Below, in pieces: positions 40,799 to 51,031 of a DNA stretch of 54,797 bases (within the stretch, counting starts at the first letter, position 1; each line of letters begins with the position of its first letter). Under the pieces are notes generated by a model. That model searched no databases and was not told the origin of the DNA. It saw only the letters and a program-made list of their open reading frames with translations. Location: assembly GCA_963766075.1 (NCBI GenBank), contig CAVYAN010000093.1, positions 1 through 54,797 on the forward strand, in the 5' to 3' direction. Both the position numbers and the translations under genes were made by a program. Source of the DNA: an uncultured cyanobacterium (GTDB lineage: Bacteria; Cyanobacteriota; Cyanobacteriia; Leptolyngbyales; Leptolyngbyaceae).

Positions 40799-41656
40799 CT
40801 ATCGGTGCATGGCGGCAAATAGCGCAGCATAGTCCGACTCTGCAAAGCCCAGTGCGACAGCCTGTTCCAGAATGTGCTGTACCGCCACCGGCAAGGCTGG
40901 ATTAATCCCGATCGCCGTCGCTTCTGTCGTAAACAGCTTCATGTCCTTCAGCAGATGCTTGGTGGGGAAATTGGGATTGGCGTAGTCTTGGTCCAGCATG
41001 CGCGCTAGCTTTTTATCAAAGGTGGGGGCATACAGAGCACTGCTACGCAGAATTTGCATGAAGGGCTCGGGCGCGATGCCCTGCTGTTGCAAAAAGCTGA
41101 GGCTGGTCGAAAATCCCGCTGTGAGCGCGCCAATCAACTGATTCAACGCAATTTTGACGGCGGCGGCAGAGCCTACAGTGCCGATCAGAGTTGGCTCTGG
41201 ACCAAAACATTTGAGTATGGGTTGCCATTGCTCAAATTGTGCAGGAGTACTGCCCACCATCACCAATAGGCGGCCCGATCGCGCCTCGGGAATGCTGCCT
41301 AAAACTGGAGCCTCCAGATATTCGCCCCCCGCTGCCATCACCTCTGCCTGAATGGCTTGGCTTTCACTGGGGCCAATCGTACCCATTTGGATGATGGTTT
41401 TTCCTGGCAGAACTGCCCGCGCCTCAGGCGTGAGCAGAGTCTCCCGAATGGCTGCTGCGTCGCTGAGCATGAGGACGATCGCCGTGGCATGGCTGAGGGC
41501 GATCGCGGGCGATTTGGCAATCTGTGCCCCCGCCGTCTGCAAATCTGCCACCTTGGCGATCGTCCTGTTGTACACCGTTAGGGATATCCCAGCATCCAGC
41601 AAGCGCTGCGCCATTGGCCCACCCATCAATCCCGCCCCTATCCAGCCTATATCCAT
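40799..41656 (-). CDS. Beta-hydroxyacid dehydrogenase family NAD(P)-dependent oxidoreductase
   Basis: GWIGAGLMG, YNRT, EAPVLGS, VKIALN, FPTKHLLKD. Confidence 0.92.
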   Translation of the reverse strand: MDIGWIGAGLMGGPMAQRLLDAGISLTVYNRTIAKVADLQTAGAQIAKSPAIALSHATAIVLMLSDAAAIRETLLTPEARAVLPGKTIIQMGTIGPSESQAIQAEVMAAGGEYLEAPVLGSIPEARSGRLLVMVGSTPAQFEQWQPILKCFGPEPTLIGTVGSAAAVKIALNQLIGALTAGFSTSLSFLQQQGIAPEPFMQILRSSALYAPTFDKKLARMLDQDYANPNFPTKHLLKDMKLFTTEATAIGINPALPVAVQHILEQAVALGFAESDYAALFAAMHR

Positions 41657-41926
41657 GAGTTCCCACAGTTAATTTCACCAGCCGACGTCTGCTTCAGCAG
41701 GATACGATAGCTCCCCCGTCTCCAGCCTATCTTTCAACGGAATTTTAGGATTGTGGAGAGCTTGGTCACTTTTTCACCCGGAAAGGAATCGAGCCTTTCT
41801 GCGGCACCCTAGGGCTAGAGCGCACTTTTTCTAAGCTGGAATTCTCAAGGCGATTTCCGACAAATAATATACCTACTGGCTACCCGGCGGGAAGCAAGCC
41901 ACTGGCTCCACTCCGCCAGCAAAAAA

Positions 41927-41986
41927 TTGCTCCCTGAGCGAAGTCGAAGGGAGCGAAGTCGAAGGGAGCGAAGTCGAAGGGAGCAA
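41927..41986. repeat. REP-like palindromic element with an internal 15-bp triplication
   Basis: ttgctccct-(gagcgaagtcgaagg)x3-gagcaa; ends ttgctccc / gggagcaa are complementary. Confidence 0.85.
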
Positions 41987-42017
41987 TCTCGGTCGGTATA
42001 ATTTTCCTGAAAATCGC

Positions 42018-42419
42018 CTAAATTGGAATTTTCTCAGATTGGAATTCTCTAAGTTGGAAGATATTTCCTTCCGGATCGCAGCCATTGCGCGCACGAAAAC
42101 CGGGGCCATGCCACTCTGGCTCGAACAAATCGCCACCCAGGCTCTGCGCAGCGCTCACCGCCGTCACCAAACTGGCAACCGTGAAAAATAGCTTGATGGC
42201 CGTTTGCTCCCGACGATCGGGCGGCGCAGCGATCTCGACTGTGGATGCAATGTGCGGTGGGATGGCATGAACCAACAATTGGATGTCCGGCGACTCTAGG
42301 ACATGGTGCTCGGCATCAGCATAAAGCGGCGTCATAGACAGCAATTGCTGATAAAACAGTGAGACGCGCTGCAAATCTTTGGCGTAAATGAATGCGCCAG
42401 CTCGTGCGGGACCCGGCAT
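42018..42419 (-). CDS. VOC/glyoxalase family protein
   Basis: FIYAKDLQRVSLFY...GCDPEGNIFQL; GGAGG RBS before ATG 42419. Confidence 0.85.
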   Translation of the reverse strand: MPGPARAGAFIYAKDLQRVSLFYQQLLSMTPLYADAEHHVLESPDIQLLVHAIPPHIASTVEIAAPPDRREQTAIKLFFTVASLVTAVSAAQSLGGDLFEPEWHGPGFRARNGCDPEGNIFQLREFQSEKIPI

Positions 42420-42648
42420 AAACCCTCCAAATGAAGCGGATAGACCAGCCAATTGGCACAATCTCTGAAAAGGCTGCGGAGACTGTGGGCAACGCCCATT
42501 CTACTCCTGGAAACTTCCGCTCTTACAATTCATTGCCCACCCTTTGTAAGATTTTTCTATGCCACAAAGGGGACTCTTGGTGGCATTACCCGTTGTTAAT
42601 TCCGGTTAATCTCTCCTGGGGTGAGGGGCGATCGCACAACGCGCTACG

Positions 42649-43545
42649 ATGACCCATACCCACCCCATGTCTTCATCAAGGCTATTCCCCTCGCCCACCC
42701 TGAATCCAACCATGGTTGTTCAACCCACTGAAAGTCTGACTGCCAAGGGCGCATCCACCGATAATTTAGTTCATACCGTTGCCGCCGACCCACTCATCTA
42801 CCAGCCGCCTGCTGCTGCCCATACAGCCCGCCGTATTCTCGTTAAACCGAACTTGGGCTATCCCGTTGGGCCACCCGTCACCGTCAGCATGGGAGTCCTG
42901 GGGCAGGTCTTACAGACGTTGCGCGCCGTCAACCCAACCGCAGAAATTTTGATTGTGGAAGGGGTCTGCTCCCCCGTAAGCTTGGCCGAGATTGCCCACC
43001 GCAATGGCCTTTATCCCCTACTGGATCAGGGAATGCACCTTTTGGATGCTGATACCTTGCCCCTGATCGAATATGCTAATCAATCCCCGCGCCCCGTGCG
43101 CTTTGATCGGCTGTGGGCCCCGGCCCTACTCCAAGAAGTCGATTGTCGAATTACGGTTGGGGCCTTCAAGCGCACGCTGCTGAAGGATGAACCCTTGATT
43201 TCGGCCTCCCTCAAAAATCTGTACGGGCTTCTGCCCCGCGCCAACTATAAAGCCCGCAGTCCCCACTCCCGTGGCCAATTGCACCGCCCATCGGTGCCTC
43301 AAGTGTTACAGGATGTCTATTTTTGCATTGGGCACTTATTTGATGGAGCCGTTGTTGATGCCAATCAGCGGTTGGTCAGCCCGGACTGGAAACCGGATCG
43401 GGGCAAAGCGATCGCCTGTGGCCAAGTCTGCTTTGGCACCGATCCGATTGCGGTGGATCGAGCCGCTTGCCTTGCGACGGGGGAAGCCATCCCGGCCTAT
43501 CTTGAGGCGATCGCCCACCTGCGCCAGGAATGCGCCCAGAATTGA
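42649..43545 (+). CDS. DUF362 domain protein
   Basis: ILVKPNL, IVEG, SLKNLYG, GTDPIAVD. Confidence 0.82.
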   Translation: MTHTHPMSSSRLFPSPTLNPTMVVQPTESLTAKGASTDNLVHTVAADPLIYQPPAAAHTARRILVKPNLGYPVGPPVTVSMGVLGQVLQTLRAVNPTAEILIVEGVCSPVSLAEIAHRNGLYPLLDQGMHLLDADTLPLIEYANQSPRPVRFDRLWAPALLQEVDCRITVGAFKRTLLKDEPLISASLKNLYGLLPRANYKARSPHSRGQLHRPSVPQVLQDVYFCIGHLFDGAVVDANQRLVSPDWKPDRGKAIACGQVCFGTDPIAVDRAACLATGEAIPAYLEAIAHLRQECAQN

Positions 43546-43648
43546 GAACCGCAGCAGAATGGCAGCAGCACCGCCTCTTCTGTGGAGAATCGCCACCAAA
43601 GTAGATTAAATTAAACAGGTTCCTGTACACCGCTATCCTGCCCTCCCT

Positions 43649-44698
43649 ATGCCAGATTCCCCTGATAGCCACCCGAATTTTCAGGCTCTATTTAGCCAAC
43701 TGCAATCTCGCTATCCCACCAGTAGCCTGATTACCGAATTAGTGCATGTCCAGAATGGCAGCTTTACGGTCCGGGCCGTGGTCCAGACTAGCGGCACCCC
43801 CCTTGCTACCAGCATGGCCAGTGCCCCCACCGTGGAACAAGCCGAGGACCATGCCCGGTTACGCCTTCTGCATGTGCTGGGCTTGAGCCCGGAATTACAC
43901 CAGGGCCTACGGGCTGGATCCAGGGGATTAAATCTCGGGGACTTAAACAATGGCTTAAGCCGGGAGGCACTAACGGCCCCATCCGTCCCAGCTATGGGAT
44001 TGGTATCCCCAGTATCTGCGCCCTTCTCATCCGACTCCACAGTAACCCAGTCAGAGCTATTGGCCGATCCCGTAGGCGAATCTCTGGCCAGCGGTAACCT
44101 GCTAGAGCTGCGATCGCGCCCCACCGCGTTACCATCCCCACCCCTCCCGGACGTGACCAATCCGCCCACAGTCTTTGAATTTTCAGAAGCGGATGCCCCG
44201 TCTGTACCGCAGCCTGTTTATGCCTTTGGCAGTAGCGCCAACCTGAGTAACGGGGTCCCCCAACCTGCGGACACTGCCGCTGATGCTACTGCCGTTATCC
44301 CTGCCACCAAAGCTCGCCCCAGCAAAGTCAAAGCCTCAACGGCCACTACCGCTGAGGCTGCGCTAGCCGAATCACCAAAAGGCGAATCACCAAAAGGCGA
44401 GTCTCTTCAGCCCGAGGTGTCTAAGGCCGCGCCTCTTCAGGACGAGTCTCTTCAGACTGAGTCGCCCAAAGCGATCGCTGACCCGATCAGCCTCCCAGTG
44501 ATCGATCTGACCCCAATTTTCCTCCAAATCGAAGACGAAATGGAACGCATTGGCTGGACGAAAGCCCAGGGGCGATCGCACCTCAAAACTGCCTATGGCA
44601 AGCGATCGCGCCAAGAGCTCACCGATGAAGAGCTGACCGACTTCCTCAGCCATCTGCAAAGCTGTCCTAGCGCAGTCCCCGCTATGCTCGAGGATTGA
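43649..44698 (+). CDS. Conserved cyanobacterial hypothetical protein (two small domains joined by a low-complexity linker)
   Basis: N-terminal RYPTSSLITELV...VEQAEDHAR; C-terminal GWTKAQGRSHLKTAYGKRSRQELTDEEL. Confidence 0.75.
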   Translation: MPDSPDSHPNFQALFSQLQSRYPTSSLITELVHVQNGSFTVRAVVQTSGTPLATSMASAPTVEQAEDHARLRLLHVLGLSPELHQGLRAGSRGLNLGDLNNGLSREALTAPSVPAMGLVSPVSAPFSSDSTVTQSELLADPVGESLASGNLLELRSRPTALPSPPLPDVTNPPTVFEFSEADAPSVPQPVYAFGSSANLSNGVPQPADTAADATAVIPATKARPSKVKASTATTAEAALAESPKGESPKGESLQPEVSKAAPLQDESLQTESPKAIADPISLPVIDLTPIFLQIEDEMERIGWTKAQGRSHLKTAYGKRSRQELTDEELTDFLSHLQSCPSAVPAMLED

Positions 44699-44958
44699 AT
44701 CACCGCGACTTTCGGAGGATGTGTCAAGCTGTTTTGACGTTGTAAAGTTAAGTTATCAAGCTAAGTAGTGTAAAAGCAGCATTAGCCCTAACGTTTTCTG
44801 CGAAAGTCCGAAAGAAGTCCAGGTTTTCTAATCCATGATCCCCAGGATGTGTCCCTGCGGCTTCGGTGAAGGCACAATCTCGGTCGGTAGAATCCTTGAG
44901 GGAAATTGCCTCAATTGCTGGTAGTCGTGGTTACTGATGGCCTTCGCTGCTGACAGGT

Positions 44959-45162
44959 TTAATCAATCAAATGCAGTTGACCTGTCTGAATATGATCAAA
45001 AATGCGACTAATTTGGAGCCGCTCTTCTTCAGTCATCCGGTAATCCGACAGTAGGGAGGAGGTAAGCTGGAGATAATCACTGCGGCTAATTTGACGTGAA
45101 GCGGCAATGTTGTCTACGAGATGCTTAAGACCTGACTTTGTCTTTTTGGAGACGGTGCGCAT
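44959..45162 (-). CDS. Small helical hypothetical protein (67 aa)
   Basis: LKHLVDNIAASRQISRSDYLQL...EEERLQISRIFDHIQTGQLHLID; amphipathic periodicity. Confidence 0.7.
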   Translation of the reverse strand: MRTVSKKTKSGLKHLVDNIAASRQISRSDYLQLTSSLLSDYRMTEEERLQISRIFDHIQTGQLHLID

Positions 45163-45319
45163 GGAAATATATCCGTAATTCTGCGGGATCTTATGGAGTG
45201 GTTTCCCCAGTGTACCCATGGCAATTAGGCCATCTGACAAGGCAATAGCAAGTTGCATGCATAAAACGATAAAGATTCAGTAAAGTTCAAGATCGGATTT
45301 CTGATACAGGTATCAACCC

Positions 45320-46105
45320 ATGGAAGTCCTAAGATTGCCCGTATTATCTGACAACTACATATTCGTTTTGCACGATGCCCAGCGGCAGACTGCGGCAGTC
45401 GTCGATCCCGCCTTGGCGGCTCCCGTTCTAGACTGCCTAGAGCACTTGGGGGCGACATTGGTCGCCATTCTGATTACCCATCACCATTGGGACCATATAG
45501 GGGGCAATATAGCCTTGCTGGAAAAGTTTCCGGAGGCGGTAGTGTACGGTGGGGCGGCGGATCGAGGGAGAATTCCCGGTCAACAGGTGTATCTTCAGGG
45601 GGGCGATCGCGTTACGTTTGGCGATCGCACGGCAACGGTATTTTTTGTTCCGGGACACACTCGCGGCCATGTAGCTTACTATTTCCCACCCGTACTCCCT
45701 GGAACCTGGGGTGATCTGTTCTGCGGCGATACGATCTTTGCGGGTGGCTGCGGACGGTTGAAGGAAGGCACGCACGCCCAAATGCTGGATTCACTCCGAC
45801 AACTGCGATCGCTGCCGGATACTACACGAGTTTGGTGTGCCCATGAATACACGCTGGGTAATTTACAATTTGCGCTGACCGTGGATGGCCAGAATCTAGA
45901 CCTGCAGCGTCGGTTCATTGAGGTGCAGGGAATGCGCGATCGAGCCGAAGCAACTATTCCCACGGGGCTCGGTATTGAAAAGCTGACCAACCCCTTCCTG
46001 CGCTGGGATGACCCGACGTTACAAACTTTCCTCAAAACCACAGATGAAATTCAAGGCTTCGCCAAACTGCGCGCTATGAAAGATATTCTTTTGAAGCTTA
46101 GATAA
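45320..46105 (+). CDS. gloB: Hydroxyacylglutathione hydrolase (glyoxalase II)
   Basis: [39 protein letters not shown]. Confidence 0.95.
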   Translation: MEVLRLPVLSDNYIFVLHDAQRQTAAVVDPALAAPVLDCLEHLGATLVAILITHHHWDHIGGNIALLEKFPEAVVYGGAADRGRIPGQQVYLQGGDRVTFGDRTATVFFVPGHTRGHVAYYFPPVLPGTWGDLFCGDTIFAGGCGRLKEGTHAQMLDSLRQLRSLPDTTRVWCAHEYTLGNLQFALTVDGQNLDLQRRFIEVQGMRDRAEATIPTGLGIEKLTNPFLRWDDPTLQTFLKTTDEIQGFAKLRAMKDILLKLR

Positions 46106-46118
46106 TTCTGTCAAAGGT

Positions 46119-46397
46119 TGCTCCCTGAGCGGAGTCAAAGGCTGCTCCCTTCGACTCTGCTCAGGGAGCACTTCGCTGGCTATGGAGGCTAACCAGGCAC
46201 GAGGAGATATTTAAAGGAATGACGGAGGATAGTTCAAGAACTTCGACTCCGCTCATGAAGCAGCCTTAGCTGGCCGCAAGCTAACCAGGCACGAGGAGAC
46301 ACATCGTTAAAGAACCTCCTCGACTCTGCTAGTTAAAGGACCGAGACTCCGCTAAGGCAGCAGCATTCGCTGGCTGAGCGGAGTCGAAGCCAGCGAC
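46119..46397. repeat. Mosaic of REP-like elements between convergent gloB and gyrB
   Basis: 23-bp imperfect hairpin 46119-46170; several further TTCGACTCYGCT units; exact 20-bp direct repeat gctaaccaggcacgaggaga at 46188 and 46280. Confidence 0.85.
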
Positions 46398-46421
46398 TCT
46401 ATTTGCTTGTAGGAAATTACC

Positions 46422-48392
<1,971 letters not shown>

Positions 48393-48780
48393 CTAAAACG
48401 CCGTACAGCTTAACAAATGTCAAATCTAGCCAATATTCTAGCACGAAAGGCTTCTAAGCGGCAAAGGGCGCGTCTCCTGTGCTATTTTACGCGGGGATGG
48501 ATCGTTGCGTTTTTCTAGAGCTTTCCTCGGATTGTTCATCCATTCAGATCGGCTTAGATCGGCGATCAATCCAGTTCTAGACGGTGCGATCGCATCAGTG
48601 GGATGATTTGGGGGACACTTTGGGCCATGGCCTAAACCAATTCCGCCTCGCTAGCGACACTACTATACATGGCAAATCGCCTGCGGGCACAGGAACTTTG
48701 GCATTTTCCTAGGGTGTTCTACTCAGGAGTTGCTTGCTTCTCCCCGGCCAATTGACACCCCGGCTTCATCAGGTTAAATC

Positions 48781-49888
48781 ATGCCTATTGACAATCTAAA
48801 GTTTGATCCAATTTTAACCGAAAATAGTACAAATAAACCATTCTTGGTTGTCATTTGTGGGGCTACCGCGACGGGAAAATCAGGATTGGCGATCGCCCTG
48901 GCCCAGCGCTTCCCTGCTATTATTCTCAGTGCCGATTCCCGCCAAATCTACCGCGACTTCAATATCGGAACGGCCAAGCCGACTCTTGTTGAGCAGAGCC
49001 TTGTTCCCCACTACCTCATCAATATCTCGTGATCCCACAGAAACCCTCACTGTCGCTGACTATCAACACCAAGCCCAAGCCTTAATTGCGCAGTGTCACC
49101 AGGGCCAGTGTCATCAGGGTCAGTATCATCAGGGCCAGTATCATCAGGGCCAGGAGTGCAAAGTCCAAGGGGATCCAGTTCAGGGGGATCCAGTCCAGGG
49201 CTATCCGTCCGGGGGGAGTCCCCTGGCTGCGTCCCTGCAAACCGCGAACGGCAAAATTCCTCTCCTGGTGGGCGGAACTGGACTCTATATTCGGGCGATC
49301 GCCAAGGGCTTAAAAATTCCCCGCGTCCCGCCCCACCCCGATTTGCGAGCGCAATTGCAAGCCCTGGGACAGGGGCATATTTATGAACTATTGCGCCAAG
49401 TTGATCCGATCGCCGCCGCAAAAATTCATCCCCATGATCAGGTACGGACTTTGCGAGCATTGGAGGTTTTTTATGTCACCGGGTCTCCCATATCCGAGCA
49501 ACAGGGAGAAAATCCACCGCCCTACCCCATTCTGCATATTGGCCTCGATTGTTCCCACGGGCTAGAGCAGCGGATTGAGCAACGTACCCAGCAGATGGTC
49601 GCAGCCGGATTAATCGAGGAAGTCGCGTGGCTCAGCCAGCGCTATGGAGTGGATTTGCCACTGCTCAATACCTTGGGCTATGCGGAATTTCGTCAGGGCC
49701 TTGCGGGTGAGATTTCTTTGGTTGAAGCACAGCGGTTGACCGTATTGCACACGCGTCAGTTTGCGAAGCGTCAGCGCACCTGGTTCCGTGCCTGTCCGGA
49801 GATTGAATGGTTTGATGCTATGGCTCCTGACCTTGTACAACGTGTCGAACACTGTATTCAGCGATTTTGCGATCGCTTGGAGCCATAG
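48781..49888 (+). pseudogene. miaA: tRNA dimethylallyltransferase split by a one-base insertion at 49027/49028 (sequence error, pseudogene or recoding)
   Basis: First frame: GATATGKS, SADSRQIY, IGTAKP, PHYLINI; +1 frame: DPTETLTVADYQ, VGGTGLY, RALEV, LGYAE, TRQFAKRQRTWF. Confidence 0.9.
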
Positions 49889-50330
49889 GTTTGTCCATCA
49901 TCCATGCCTATGCCCTGATGCCTAGCGATCGCCTCTTCGCCAGCATCCCCAGACAGTTTCAGTCAGTGATTTTACCCAGACGGTATACAATTGCTGAAGG
50001 TGGTTTAAAGGGTTCGTAGACTGTATCGGTAAGTTTACCGGGACTTTACTAGGGCTTCATGAAATGCATCTAGGGGTTTACAACGTTTTTATCAAGCTTG
50101 GATTAACATGGTATCAAGAAGGTTGGATTAGTATGGTGCAAAGTGTGCACTACACATCAGTCCATCCGCAAATTAAGATTCTGCCTGTAAAGCCTATCGG
50201 CAGTTTCTAATTCCTGAGTCTCTAGCGTTTAGCTTTAGAGGTCAGTTGTGTGTCTTTGTTGATTATCTTGGCTGATTGTAGTTCTGAGTGATGTTCCCCT
50301 TGGAGTTCCCTTCGTCTACAAGGTTTTTAG

Positions 50331-50710
50331 ATGTGTATGATTGCTCTAGAATGGATGGTTTTGATGCCGAGGTTCCTTATGAAGTCCATCTCAGCGGGTT
50401 GGCAGACAGTCGATTCCCCAAATTTGGGGCTTCAGACGATTGATTCCTCAAAATTTACTTGCCGGACTATGCATAGTTTAGTTGCGGCTGCAATGATCGC
50501 GAGTTCAATTATGGTGAGTTCTAGCCAAGCCCACGCTGCAAGCGCGATCGCATCGTTACCCATGCCAACCGTATTGGCCCAAGCAACGACTGGGGGGGTG
50601 CTTCTGCGGCGTCGGACTCTTCCGAGGACACACCCTATCGGATTTTATTAGGCGTTGCATTGGTGTTTGCTGTTGTTTCTGGCGTAGTCTACACGCGTTC
50701 AGATTCTTAA
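50331..50710 (+). CDS. Small exported protein; probable frameshift at a G7 tract separates the signal peptide from a C-terminal TM anchor (start uncertain)
   Basis: SLVAAAMIASSIMVSSSQAHA signal-like segment; the alternative frame after 50592-50598 reads GASAASDSSEDTPYRILLGVALVFAVVSGVVYTRSDS, stop 50710. Confidence 0.45.
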
Positions 50711-51031
50711 TTCTTCGATGGTTTCAGGAAATTCCTGATTTCGGCGATTGGTCTCATAACTCCTTATTAACACTCCTGCTTAACCGACGATTGTCGCCCC
50801 TAAGCAGGAGTTTTTTTGGCTTTTATTCCACGCTCATTTTCTCTAACCTCTTCGCTCCCAAAGATGCGTCCTTCACAGTGATCATCCAAACACCGTCCCG
50901 ATAGCTTGTATCTCGCTATTCCATCAGGTATCAGCCACATTCTAATGGCACACAAAACTGCCAACCCTCCATCAGGAAAGTTAGCGAGATTATCCAACCT
51001 ATTTGTACACATTACGCCTAAAACACGGGGT

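Noticed and set aside
44699..44958. Possible ncRNA or riboswitch between convergent genes
   Set aside because: A TTGACG hexamer and short complementary patches are present, but no recognisable family motif or convincing terminator
46119..46397. Possible CRISPR mini-array (20-bp direct repeat with 92-bp period)
   Set aside because: Only two exact copies, the intervening sequence is itself repetitive, and no cas genes are present; better explained as a REP-like mosaic
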